From Desulfurococcaceae archaeon (lineage in GTDB: Archaea > Thermoproteota > Thermoprotei_A > Sulfolobales > Desulfurococcaceae), in contig JAWBQJ010000004.1 of the NCBI GenBank assembly GCA_038845865.1, positions 77,689-141,688 on the forward strand: DNA of 64,000 nt, written 5' to 3'. Shown in pieces: positions 1 through 8,185 of the stretch; positions within the stretch are counted from its first letter, which is position 1; the number at the start of each line of letters is the position of its first letter. The notes under the pieces were generated by a model. The model ran no database searches, was not told the origin of the DNA, and worked only from the letters and a program-made list of their open reading frames with translations. Made by a program: the position numbers and the translations under genes.

Positions 1-136
1 GTGGAGAACCTAGCTACTAAGCCCATGTTTTCTCTGTCTCTCTTGTAGGATTGTTTTGAGACACTTAGTATTGATGCTTATTTAATGGGTTGTATGTGTT
101 GTGTAGGATTGTCGCTACTAGTTGTCTTATGTGAGC

Positions 137-409
137 TAGAGGTTGGAGCTGTTATTAGTACTTAGTGCTATTATTATGCATATTGTTGTAGGTATAATCC
201 GTTGAGGCCGTGTTCTGCTATTGAAATTAGTGATACCTATTAGTGGCGTTATTGTTCCACCTACTATTGTGATTGTTGCAGCATGTGCTCTTAGGTAGAA
301 ATATTGTAGTTTTAATATACCTACTATTTCGAATACTCCTCCTAATCCTAGTTAGGATTATACCGGTTGTTTTTAGTATCTCTGTGAGTATGTTGATACC
401 CGTAATCAC
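137..409 (-). pseudogene. mrpG/mnhG-like paralog, apparent frameshift (AT-rich copy)
   Basis: Minus-strand translation from GTG at 409 gives MITGINILTEILKTTGIIL, matching the N-terminus of the window's own MrpG (14356..14760, MLEWILIVVGEILVIIGAV). The homology then continues in another frame (LGLGGVFEIVGILKLQYFYLRAHAATITIVGGTITPLIGITNF versus LLGAVGMLRFPNFFVRLHALTVGTIGGAFVPLIGVTLIAL). The frame switch falls around 335..355 with no homopolymer. Local GC is about 35-40%. Confidence 0.45.
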
Positions 410-448
410 TTTTTATCCCTCTCGTAGTGTACCATGAGATGTAGATGT

Positions 449-655
449 CTAAAGTGTGTATGCCCATAGTGCTATTGGGATCATGCATACTGCGAGGATA
501 TGCCTACTTGATAGTGATATCATAGCCATGAATACCGCTAGATCATAGCTCAGTGTATCAATAGCTAGTACTCGGTCAAATACTCTTGATCCACGCATAA
601 CTCCGTATAGGAATAAGACGGCTGAGAGTAAATAGAGTATGATCATGGCCTCCAA
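449..655 (-). CDS. MrpF/MnhF-like Na+/H+ antiporter subunit paralog (low-GC copy)
   Basis: The 68-aa hydrophobic ORF aligns to the mrpF of the mbh operon at 14735..15019 (AIDTLSYDLAVFMAMISLSS...IALWAYTL versus AVDALSYDMAVLLAVLSVLF...VLMLWAYAL). It sits directly upstream of the mrpG-like remnant on the same strand, as in the main operon. Confidence 0.55.
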   Translation of the reverse strand: MEAMIILYLLSAVLFLYGVMRGSRVFDRVLAIDTLSYDLAVFMAMISLSSRHILAVCMIPIALWAYTL

Positions 656-956
656 TAGTGGTTTTACAAATGATCTTCCCTGCCTTTCCCGGGAACTGAA
701 TTCTTTTTAATGGATTCTTGTTTTATACAACAGCCCTATCTTCTTTCCTCGGTGAAATGTCCACGAGACCACAGTATTCGAGATGTGAATAGTCTCAATC
801 CTCCTCACATAGTTATTACCTCGATGAGTAGGCCTACAGGGGTAGTAGCCCGAAAGCCTCGCCCCTTCAAGACAGAGAGAAAACCAGCCCGAGAAACCCT
901 ATTGCTGCAAAAACTTTATTAATATTCATAGTCAACATTATTAAACACTGAGACTC

Positions 957-2471
957 GTGGAAACGGAGTTGAACATGACCGAGACTAAACCCGAGTTGAA
1001 ACTATACGAGAAACTACTTATGATCTTTCCTGGGTACCGTGGATACAAGGAAAAAGAGCTAATAAGAGAAACCGATAAAATAGTCCGAGAGCAACTATAC
1101 CGGAGACTAAAGAACATCATTAACATACTTAGAGATATCCAAGTTGACCTCTCATCGAGAAACAAAATCACCGATGCCCTCGAGATAGAGAGACTAGTCT
1201 ACAGCATAGATACAATAGCAACTAGAACAAAACACGCTCCACACGGGTACAAACCACTATTCTACGTAGTCAAAGTAGATGAAAAAGACTTATCAAAACT
1301 ACTAGAACACGACCTCTCCCTCAGCGAAATAATTGATAAACTAGTAAAAGCAACCGAGACACTTAGAGAGAAAACAACGCGTGGAGAAGACATCAAAGCA
1401 AGTATTAGAGAGATACAAGTCAAAGCTGGCAGAAAGAGACAACATAATCACAAGCACAGGTGTAAGACAATGAGCAAGAAAACAAATGTAATAGAATGGG
1501 TTAACCCAGGACCAGATGACATACTATGGGTATACCCATACGAAGATATCAGATGGGGTAGCATAATAGTAGTGAAAGAGTACGAAGTAGCAGTATTCAT
1601 GCGTGATGGAAAAGTATACGATGTCCTCCCACCCGGTAGACACATGATTACAACACAGAATATACCACTATTAACAAGAGCATACAACCTAGTAATGGGA
1701 TACGGGGAAACACCATTCAAAGCAAACATAGTCTACGTCTCACTAAAGCAATTCAGAGGGAGATTTGGATTATCAACGAGAGTTAAGCTAGGTCCAAGAA
1801 CATTATACATGACAGAGCTACAAGCATATGGAGAATACTGGTTTAGAATAGCAGACCCAGTGTTATTCCTAACACAAATAGCTGGAGCAGTGCAAAGAAT
1901 AGATACACAGAGCGTAACAGAGTTCCTGAGAGGATACATGGTTCAAAACCTAATAGAACAACTCAGCAACTACACAGCTATAGATGTCTACTCAAGACTA
2001 GGCGAAGTAGTATCAAAGATAAAAACGGGAATACTATACGATGCCTTCAAAAGCAGAGGAATAGAGCTAATAGATATACGAGTATCAGGAATATCACTAC
2101 CACAACTAGAGAAAATGGAGAAAGAAGACCCAACATATGGACTACCACTACTCCTAGCAATACAGAAAGGAGATGAGGACAAGGCACTTGAGATCATTAG
2201 AACGGTTGAGAGCCTGAGAGCCCTTGGAAAAGCACCAGGAGCGGGGATACTAGGAGCATTAATAGCAATGCCAGGACTACTACAACCAATACAACCAGCA
2301 CCGCCTCAACAACCACCCCCGCAACCACAGCCAACACAGCCACAGCAACCATCAACAAGCATAGCTGACAAACTACGAGAACTCAAAAAACTCCTAGATG
2401 ATGGATTAATAACACAAGAAGAATACGAGGCAATGAGAAAGAAGATCCTCGAGGAGTTCACGAGGAAATAG
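957..2471 (+). CDS. SPFH/band-7-like (Band_7_1-type) domain protein with PQ-rich linker and C-terminal SHOCT domain
   Basis: 504-aa ORF with a probable real start at ATG 975 (MTETKPE...). The central region (VNPGPDDILWVYPYEDIRWGSIIVVKEYEVAVFMRDGKVYDVLPPGRH...) fits the SPFH/Band_7_1 pattern. The C-terminus (DKLRELKKLLDDGLITQEEYEAMRKKILEEF) is a typical SHOCT motif. The N-terminal ~170 aa are coiled-coil-like. GC is about 38%. Confidence 0.6.
   Translation: METELNMTETKPELKLYEKLLMIFPGYRGYKEKELIRETDKIVREQLYRRLKNIINILRDIQVDLSSRNKITDALEIERLVYSIDTIATRTKHAPHGYKPLFYVVKVDEKDLSKLLEHDLSLSEIIDKLVKATETLREKTTRGEDIKASIREIQVKAGRKRQHNHKHRCKTMSKKTNVIEWVNPGPDDILWVYPYEDIRWGSIIVVKEYEVAVFMRDGKVYDVLPPGRHMITTQNIPLLTRAYNLVMGYGETPFKANIVYVSLKQFRGRFGLSTRVKLGPRTLYMTELQAYGEYWFRIADPVLFLTQIAGAVQRIDTQSVTEFLRGYMVQNLIEQLSNYTAIDVYSRLGEVVSKIKTGILYDAFKSRGIELIDIRVSGISLPQLEKMEKEDPTYGLPLLLAIQKGDEDKALEIIRTVESLRALGKAPGAGILGALIAMPGLLQPIQPAPPQQPPPQPQPTQPQQPSTSIADKLRELKKLLDDGLITQEEYEAMRKKILEEFTRK
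2282..2352 (+). repeat. degenerate CAACCA/CAGCCA tandem repeat encoding a Pro/Gln-rich linker
   Basis: Sequence ccaatacaaccagcaccgcctcaacaaccacccccgcaaccacagccaacacagccacagcaacca encodes PIQPAPPQQPPPQPQPTQPQQP. This low-complexity stretch lies between the SPFH and SHOCT domains. Confidence 0.6.
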
Positions 2472-2484
2472 GTGAACTAAGAAA

Positions 2485-3513
2485 ATGGCGTGGAAAATAT
2501 GGAAAAACGAGACAGAGAGATTTGAAGAGGAGATGAGAAAAGCATTTGACAATAGAAATAAAAATAAGATCGAGAAAGCAATAGAGCACTTCGCGAACGC
2601 ATATAAAATAGCAAATAGCTCCAGTGACCCAAGCCTACGCGAGAAAGCAAGAATAGCGTATGCATACATGTTAATATACAACGCTATACAATACAAAAGC
2701 ACCGATATACTTAAAAATACCTTTGAATACCTAGCAAGTCTACCAGGAGACATCGAGCTCGACCTAGCACTACCAAGACCAGTAAAAGTAGGTGAACTGG
2801 TAGAAGACTTCAAGATCCTCAGCTTACTCTCATCTATACCAAGCATAGAGCTCGAGAACGCATCAAGTATCAACCTCGAAGAAGCGAGGAGAATAAGAGA
2901 AGTCGGAGAGTACCTATTATCAAAAGGAAGCAAAAGACTAATACTAGAAGACATATTCAACATTAAGGAGCCAATGAATATAATTGCCTTGAGACTACTA
3001 GGATACTCAAAGCTAATAGAAGCCACTCACATTGAAAAAGAAGATCTAAACAAAAGCATAGAGCTATACGCGGAGGCACTAGTATACTTCCAACAAGCAG
3101 CTGATAAAATAGCAAGCAACGTGATGACAAAGATAGAGAAACTAGGCAAGGCAACAAAGTGCTGGATATGTGGTAGAGCTATACAAGGCGAGGACGTGAA
3201 CTTCATATACCTTGATAGCTTTCTCACAAAGTACATCGTTGAGAAATACAGCGGTGACGCCCCTGGAATACTGATATCTGAGCATGGAAAAATAGCAACG
3301 TGTAGTGCGTGCTATGGTGTCATATATAACTTAAGCGATAAAATAGCGAGACACTACTATCAAGAAGCAATGAAAGCACTAAGAGAACTTGAACAAAGAC
3401 TCCTTGCAATAATAAGTCAATTACAAGCTCAGATAAACATGCTACAAACACGAATAACAAGCATAGAGTCATCTATCTCATCACTAAGAACAACCATAAT
3501 GTTCAAAAGGTAG
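2485..3513 (+). CDS. hypothetical protein, helical N-terminus, internal C4 zinc ribbon, C-terminal coiled coil
   Basis: 342 aa, starting 14 nt after the previous stop. It has a CxxC...CxxC unit (CWICGRAIQGEDV...CSACYGV) followed by a heptad-like tail (LRELEQRLLAIISQLQAQINMLQTRITSIESSISSL). I recognise no family for it. Confidence 0.55.
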   Translation: MAWKIWKNETERFEEEMRKAFDNRNKNKIEKAIEHFANAYKIANSSSDPSLREKARIAYAYMLIYNAIQYKSTDILKNTFEYLASLPGDIELDLALPRPVKVGELVEDFKILSLLSSIPSIELENASSINLEEARRIREVGEYLLSKGSKRLILEDIFNIKEPMNIIALRLLGYSKLIEATHIEKEDLNKSIELYAEALVYFQQAADKIASNVMTKIEKLGKATKCWICGRAIQGEDVNFIYLDSFLTKYIVEKYSGDAPGILISEHGKIATCSACYGVIYNLSDKIARHYYQEAMKALRELEQRLLAIISQLQAQINMLQTRITSIESSISSLRTTIMFKR

Positions 3514-3519
3514 AACACA

Positions 3520-4980
3520 GTGACAATCGTAGTAGAGAAGCTTAGATGCACTAATTGCGGGGCACCACTACCACAACTAAAACAAGGAGAGTCCTTTATA
3601 AAATGCGACTACTGTGGCTTCATAAATCGCATATATGACTCAACAACATACATGGAACAATTAAAAAGAGAGATATCCAAGTGGATCTCCCAGATACTAC
3701 CACAATATACATCTCTATCCACGATAGCGGACCCCGTTGCAAGACATCATCTATTCCAAGGATATGTAAAACCAAGACTAATCCCAATAAGTGTAAATGC
3801 TAAGACAACATACATAGAGACAATACACAAGCCCTTCATAGCGCTCAACCCCATATACAGCCAAGCATGCAAAGAGCCAAAATCACTATTCGAAGAGTCT
3901 ATTAAAATAGAAAGTGTATCAGAACTAGCTATAAGCGACGAAGATAAATCATTCATTAGTGATACACATCGATATCTCACCGTATCCGCTTACATATGCA
4001 ATGCATTAATAGACGCCAACGAAGAGAAATACACCGAGAGCGCGAAGAACATTGATGAAGCATTACGATACCTAGAAAACACCGAGGATAAAACCCTAGT
4101 AGCAAGGTTGAAAATCGCGAAGTCCACATACACAGCATTAAGCGAACTATATAATAAAAACACACAGGCATCGCATAGCTTAATCGGGTTGGCACTCTCA
4201 CAAGTAAACGAGCTATTAAACATGAAGGAGGCAGCATCCAAGCCCAAATACCAAGGTGCACTAGAGATCGAGAGAGACCTTATCAACTTAGTAAAGAACA
4301 TTATTGAAATATCCAATATATACTTCGAGAATGGACTAGATCCGCTAACCCCAGCTCCAATAATAAAGAAAATACTTACATACATAACTCGCAGCGTTAA
4401 AGACCATAATAGACCATTAAAAGACGCAGTAGAGGTTATTACCCACTGCAAGAAAACTATCTTGTCAAGATTTAGAAGAGCCAGAGTCAAAGTGCTCGGA
4501 GAGGGAGATACATACCTCCCATTCTACGTTGTGGGCGTAAGTATAACTTATACATCTGGGTTACTTTTCAAGAAAGGGCATGGATCGAGGATAGATCTAT
4601 TGATCTCCGCTGCATTCCCAACTCTACCAGCTATAAGCGACGTATTCGGACTATACACGGGTAGATTAGTAAACCTGGAGAAAGAAACTGACAAACTAGA
4701 ATCAATAAGTAGTCTCCTTGAAAACACTAGAGAAGACTACCTCGGTAAGAACACAGTCCTACCATTAATATCACATGTAATAGCTGAAAGCATGATTGAT
4801 AAGTACCTTGAATACATCGGAGCCAGGTATCATGGTAAGATAAAACTATCAACAACACAGGCAAAAGAGGATATTATATATGTGGGTTGTATGCTAGATA
4901 AAGGAGGTTTCAAGCCCTCTATACCACTAACTCCTTTAAGCAGTATTGATTATAATGTATTAAAAGAGATTATGGTGTAG
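3520..4980 (+). CDS. hypothetical protein with N-terminal zinc ribbon
   Basis: 486 aa, starting 7 nt after the previous stop. It opens with a CxxC-x17-CxxC ribbon (CTNCGAPLPQLKQGESFIKCDYCGF). The rest is predicted alpha-helical with no recognisable catalytic motif. Confidence 0.55.
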   Translation: MTIVVEKLRCTNCGAPLPQLKQGESFIKCDYCGFINRIYDSTTYMEQLKREISKWISQILPQYTSLSTIADPVARHHLFQGYVKPRLIPISVNAKTTYIETIHKPFIALNPIYSQACKEPKSLFEESIKIESVSELAISDEDKSFISDTHRYLTVSAYICNALIDANEEKYTESAKNIDEALRYLENTEDKTLVARLKIAKSTYTALSELYNKNTQASHSLIGLALSQVNELLNMKEAASKPKYQGALEIERDLINLVKNIIEISNIYFENGLDPLTPAPIIKKILTYITRSVKDHNRPLKDAVEVITHCKKTILSRFRRARVKVLGEGDTYLPFYVVGVSITYTSGLLFKKGHGSRIDLLISAAFPTLPAISDVFGLYTGRLVNLEKETDKLESISSLLENTREDYLGKNTVLPLISHVIAESMIDKYLEYIGARYHGKIKLSTTQAKEDIIYVGCMLDKGGFKPSIPLTPLSSIDYNVLKEIMV

Positions 4981-4984
4981 TTTC

Positions 4985-5332
4985 ATGGTGTTAAAGATAA
5001 GATTTATACACGACTTCATAGTGTTTACTATATGCCTAGTGATTGGGGTAGCCCTGACATATGTCTACCCAGTTGCACTCTCGATAGCTATATTCATACT
5101 ATTCTATGGCTCCTGGCTACTAATAACGAGCTCTATAACGCATATAGAGCATGTATATGCATTAAATCCACGTGTCGCCAGGTCCTCTCTGGCATCAATA
5201 CTGGTGTTGATATCAACATTGGTTATTTTAAGAGCAATACATCTCGAAATAAGGCTCGCATTGATTACGTTTTTAATCGTATTGATGATTCTAGCTATAT
5301 ACGTATACTACTTATCAAAACGCAGTAGATAA
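4985..5332 (+). CDS. small integral membrane protein (3-4 TM)
   Basis: 115 aa with several long hydrophobic segments and a basic C-terminus (YYLSKRSR). It starts 5 nt after the previous gene. I prefer it over the overlapping +2-frame ORF 5032..5328, which is not protein-like. Confidence 0.5.
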   Translation: MVLKIRFIHDFIVFTICLVIGVALTYVYPVALSIAIFILFYGSWLLITSSITHIEHVYALNPRVARSSLASILVLISTLVILRAIHLEIRLALITFLIVLMILAIYVYYLSKRSR

Positions 5333-5433
5333 GTGGAAAGCAAATTAATAGTTCACCAGGCTATTTCATTAGATAAACTTAAACAATACTTACCACTACA
5401 CTATGTGAATAGCATACGAGTGAGTAATGTTCA

Positions 5434-5508
5434 CGGGCCCGCCGGGATTTGAACCCGGGTCCTCCGGCTCCGCAGGCCGGCGCCCTATCCTGGCTAGGCG
5501 ACGGGCCC
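5434..5508 (-). tRNA. tRNA-Arg (anticodon GCG)
   Basis: Reverse complement is GGGCCCGTCGCCTAGCCAGGATAGGGCGCCGGCCTGCGGAGCCGGAGGACCCGGGTTCAAATCCCGGCGGGCCCG. It has a 7-bp acceptor stem, a CCGGC/GCCGG anticodon stem with loop CUGCGGA (anticodon GCG), and a GGGTTCAAATCCC T-arm. No CCA is encoded. Confidence 0.9.
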
Positions 5509-5516
5509 TGTACTAC

Positions 5517-6176
5517 TTAACGGTACTTTGCTTTAATTACTTTTGTATACTCGTCAGCTATTTGCAGAGGTATTGGTAGTCTCTTCTTCTCAGTGAGTAG
5601 GCTTTTCACGAGCTTGACTGCGTCTTCCAGCCTCACCCTGTAGCCTACGCTAACGTAGAGTAGGGCTCCTTCGTGTTCCAGTACTTCGCCTACGGGCTTC
5701 CCGTGAGCGTGTATGAGTTTTCGGCCTCCCCTCTCAATGATTTCTCCGTACAGGTGGCTTTTAGCCACCCCTATGCTGGGCTTCCCGAGCACTAGGCCCA
5801 TGTGAGTTGCTATTCCGAATGCCCGTGGATGGGATAGCCCGTGACCGTCTACTAAGACCACGTCAGGCACCGTGACTATTTTTCTTAAAACCCTCATGTA
5901 ACCCGGCACTTCCCTAAACGCCAAGAGCCCGGGTATGTACGGTACGTGTACCCTTACCGCCGAGTATGCCTTTTCAACTACTCTCGAGTTCGCGAGGTCG
6001 TATACAACGATGACAGCACACTGAGTACTACGCGCGTACGAGGAGTCGAATGCCCCAACGTAGCGGATCTTACTGAAATCCAGTGGTGGAAAGGCATCCA
6101 GCTCTTCGAGCACTCTGCGTGAAAGCAACAACTGTAGTTTCATTGCCCTCTCAACGCTGAAAATCGCGACCACCAC
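5517..6176 (-). CDS. nfi: endonuclease V (deoxyinosine 3' endonuclease)
   Basis: 219 aa with the hallmark motifs VDGHGLSHPRAFGIATHMG and KPSIGVAKSHL. Confidence 0.85.
   Translation of the reverse strand: MVVAIFSVERAMKLQLLLSRRVLEELDAFPPLDFSKIRYVGAFDSSYARSTQCAVIVVYDLANSRVVEKAYSAVRVHVPYIPGLLAFREVPGYMRVLRKIVTVPDVVLVDGHGLSHPRAFGIATHMGLVLGKPSIGVAKSHLYGEIIERGGRKLIHAHGKPVGEVLEHEGALLYVSVGYRVRLEDAVKLVKSLLTEKKRLPIPLQIADEYTKVIKAKYR
5528..5546 (-). promoter_or_regulatory. putative BRE/TATA element for the tRNA-Arg gene, embedded in the 3' end of nfi
   Basis: The minus strand reads ...caaaagtaattaaagcaaag about 23-36 nt upstream of the tRNA 5' end at 5508. The tRNA begins only 9 nt after the nfi stop codon. 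Confidence 0.3.
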
Positions 6177-6238
6177 TCTAAAAACGCCTACTTCAATTTA
6201 TTATTCTCCCTGGCCCCAATAACATATCGGGTGCGTGC

Positions 6239-6796
6239 ATGAAGTACAGCATGGAGGAGCTCGTAGAGGTTTACAGGGAACTGGTCGAAGAGGGGGTGAA
6301 TGCGGTGGTCATCGGTAACACGTGTGTGCAGTTAGCGCTCGGGTACACGGAGCTGGAAGGGGATCTAGACCTTTTCGTCGTAGACCCGAGCCCCATCGCG
6401 GAAAGGGACTTCTACTACCAGCTAGCCGAGAGAAAGGGGTGGGACTTGACCACTACGGAGATTGGGGCTCCCGCGCTGGTGGTGCCCTTGAGGGAGGGAA
6501 ACCTCATCGTGGAGCTTTACGAAAACTACATGGACATAGACGTACCCCTCGAAATACTGGAAGATGCCCAGGAGTACAGGGTTAGGGGTGTAAGAGTGAG
6601 AGCGCTGAAGCCCGAGTACTACCTAGTGCTCAAGGCGAGGCAGGGAGTAGACCTAGACAGGCTTAAGCGGTACGTGGCTCACTTAAAGGAGCGTGGACTG
6701 AACACAAAGCTAGTGGAGTACGCGGCATCCCACTACCCGGAAGACGAGAGGGAAGTCATAGTGGAAAGGCTTCGTGACGCGGGCTTAGAGTTGTAG
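6239..6796 (+). CDS. hypothetical protein, minimal nucleotidyltransferase-like fold
   Basis: 185 aa. The N-terminal VVIGNTCVQLALGYTELEGDLDLFV resembles the G[SN]x...[SG]DxDx motif of minimal nucleotidyltransferases. There is no HEPN partner adjacent. Confidence 0.45.
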   Translation: MKYSMEELVEVYRELVEEGVNAVVIGNTCVQLALGYTELEGDLDLFVVDPSPIAERDFYYQLAERKGWDLTTTEIGAPALVVPLREGNLIVELYENYMDIDVPLEILEDAQEYRVRGVRVRALKPEYYLVLKARQGVDLDRLKRYVAHLKERGLNTKLVEYAASHYPEDEREVIVERLRDAGLEL

Positions 6797-6882
6797 CGGG
6801 GAGGAGGGTTTTTAAGTCCCTGTCTGTATTTGACACTACGGTGTAGGGAAGCGCTCGAAGCCACAGTAAACGGGGTGATATC

Positions 6883-7068
6883 GTGCCAATAACTGATCCG
6901 GAGCTACTGAAAATAGTTTCGGCGAGAGTGCTGAATAGGTACGTGTGTAGGCGTTGTGGCGCGCTGAACCCTCCAGGCGCGACTAAGTGTAGGAGGTGTA
7001 AATCCAAGGGCACCCTCAGGCCGAAGAAGGCGCTTAAGGCCGGTCCAAAGGCCACAAAGACAGCGTAG
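6883..7068 (+). CDS. rpl40e: 50S ribosomal protein L40e
   Basis: [49 protein letters not shown] has the C4 zinc-ribbon pattern of archaeal L40e (compare Sulfolobus MPLTDPAKLQIV...ICRKCGALNP...ATKCRRC). The ORF uses a GTG start. Confidence 0.88.
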   Translation: MPITDPELLKIVSARVLNRYVCRRCGALNPPGATKCRRCKSKGTLRPKKALKAGPKATKTA

Positions 7069-7084
7069 CCCGTAGTAGGCCGTA

Positions 7085-8074
7085 TTAAGCATGTTCACCG
7101 GCTTCGTCACGTATATTCTTAGGTCTCTTTAGTAGTACGAGTAGCCCTATCAATACCGGCACAAAGAAGTACAGCACGCGGTAAGCTACTACGGTATCCG
7201 CTGGAAGCGCTAGTGATAGGCCGTACTCGGCAACCCCACTACCACCCGGGGTCGGTAGGATGCTAATAGACTGCATCAAGTAGTAGGCGGACACGGATCT
7301 CCATAGAAGCCCCATAACGCCGGAATGGGCAACCTCGCTACACGGTATGAGAGGTATTAGTGAAACCGACCACAAGGTGTGCACGAGAAATGTCAGTGCC
7401 CAGGTCAAGGCTTTCAGCTTAGTGGTCACCCTTGACGATACCTCGGTATAATGCCCTTTAAACCGGGTAAGGGGGTACACCAGCTTGTCGAGGTATTTAC
7501 CGACTAGCGACCCCTTCACGCGCTTACTACCAAAAATTCTCCTGCACAAGAAGCCCGTGATCTTGTCAAGGCTACTGAACACGACGATCCAGAGAGCGCC
7601 TGCAGACACCGACGTGATCAGCACTGGTAAGCCGAGTGGCATGTAGTTTAAGCTCACTGCAGCGCCCATCGCGCACGTCAAGATCACGTCGAAGTACACC
7701 TCGTAAATTGCGAGCGCGTAAGCTTCAAGGAAACTCAAACCAGTCCTCGTGGAGATGTAGTATGCTCTCGCAGGTTCGCCGCCAATGGAAGATGGCGTCA
7801 TCTTCGCCAAGACATCACCAGCGAATCGGGCCTTAACGCACACTCCAAGCGAACACCTTAACCCGGGCTTAAATGCCCGGAACAGGAGCTTCAACCTGAT
7901 GGCGGAAACAAACCACCCGGCTAGTAGTAATGCCGCGGAGAGCAGTACGCCGCAGACCGTGACATTTAGAGCACGGACGTTCATCAGGGTCGAGTACGCT
8001 AGGAGCACCGTTACAAAGATGATCGTGGTTGCCGCGAGCCTCCTCGCGAGCCCCCTTAAGCCTACCTCGTTCAA
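7085..8074 (-). CDS. polytopic membrane protein (flippase-like / UPF0104-type)
   Basis: 329 aa with about 8 predicted TM helices. The family assignment is tentative. Confidence 0.45.
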   Translation of the reverse strand: MNEVGLRGLARRLAATTIIFVTVLLAYSTLMNVRALNVTVCGVLLSAALLLAGWFVSAIRLKLLFRAFKPGLRCSLGVCVKARFAGDVLAKMTPSSIGGEPARAYYISTRTGLSFLEAYALAIYEVYFDVILTCAMGAAVSLNYMPLGLPVLITSVSAGALWIVVFSSLDKITGFLCRRIFGSKRVKGSLVGKYLDKLVYPLTRFKGHYTEVSSRVTTKLKALTWALTFLVHTLWSVSLIPLIPCSEVAHSGVMGLLWRSVSAYYLMQSISILPTPGGSGVAEYGLSLALPADTVVAYRVLYFFVPVLIGLLVLLKRPKNIRDEAGEHA

Positions 8075-8185
8075 CGCTTAATACCTCAACACGTTTATTA
8101 GGGTACTAGGCGCGTATCACTATATTCACGGATAGCTCTTATAGAAGGGGCCGGGTTATGAGCTTTTAGCTATAATGAAGAGCAG

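Noticed and set aside
710-922. 70-aa ORF in the spacer upstream of the SPFH gene
   Set aside because: It lies in the likely promoter region of the module and has odd composition and no motif, so it is probably spurious.
1448-4490. Antisense ORFs inside the island genes (1448..1729, 1733..1939, 1988..2197, 2406..3026, 2963..3236, 3747..4490 minus strand)
   Set aside because: All overlap the long + strand genes, have Ser/Leu/Ile-rich low-complexity composition typical of AT-rich antisense frames, and show no motifs.
5032-5328. Alternative-frame ORF overlapping the small membrane protein gene
   Set aside because: The translation is not protein-like, whereas the 4985..5332 frame gives coherent TM helices and tight coupling to the upstream gene.
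1-5433. Integrase or att direct repeat for the low-GC island
   Set aside because: No integrase-like ORF and no copy of the tRNA-Arg 3' segment are present inside the window. The island call therefore rests on composition and tRNA adjacency alone.
6322-8081. GC-rich alternative-frame ORFs (6322..6585, 6756..7055, 6904..7110, 7636..7836, 7785..8081)
   Set aside because: They overlap better-supported genes (the nucleotidyltransferase-like gene, L40e and the membrane protein) and have Arg/Pro/Ser-rich composition characteristic of off-frame GC-rich sequence.
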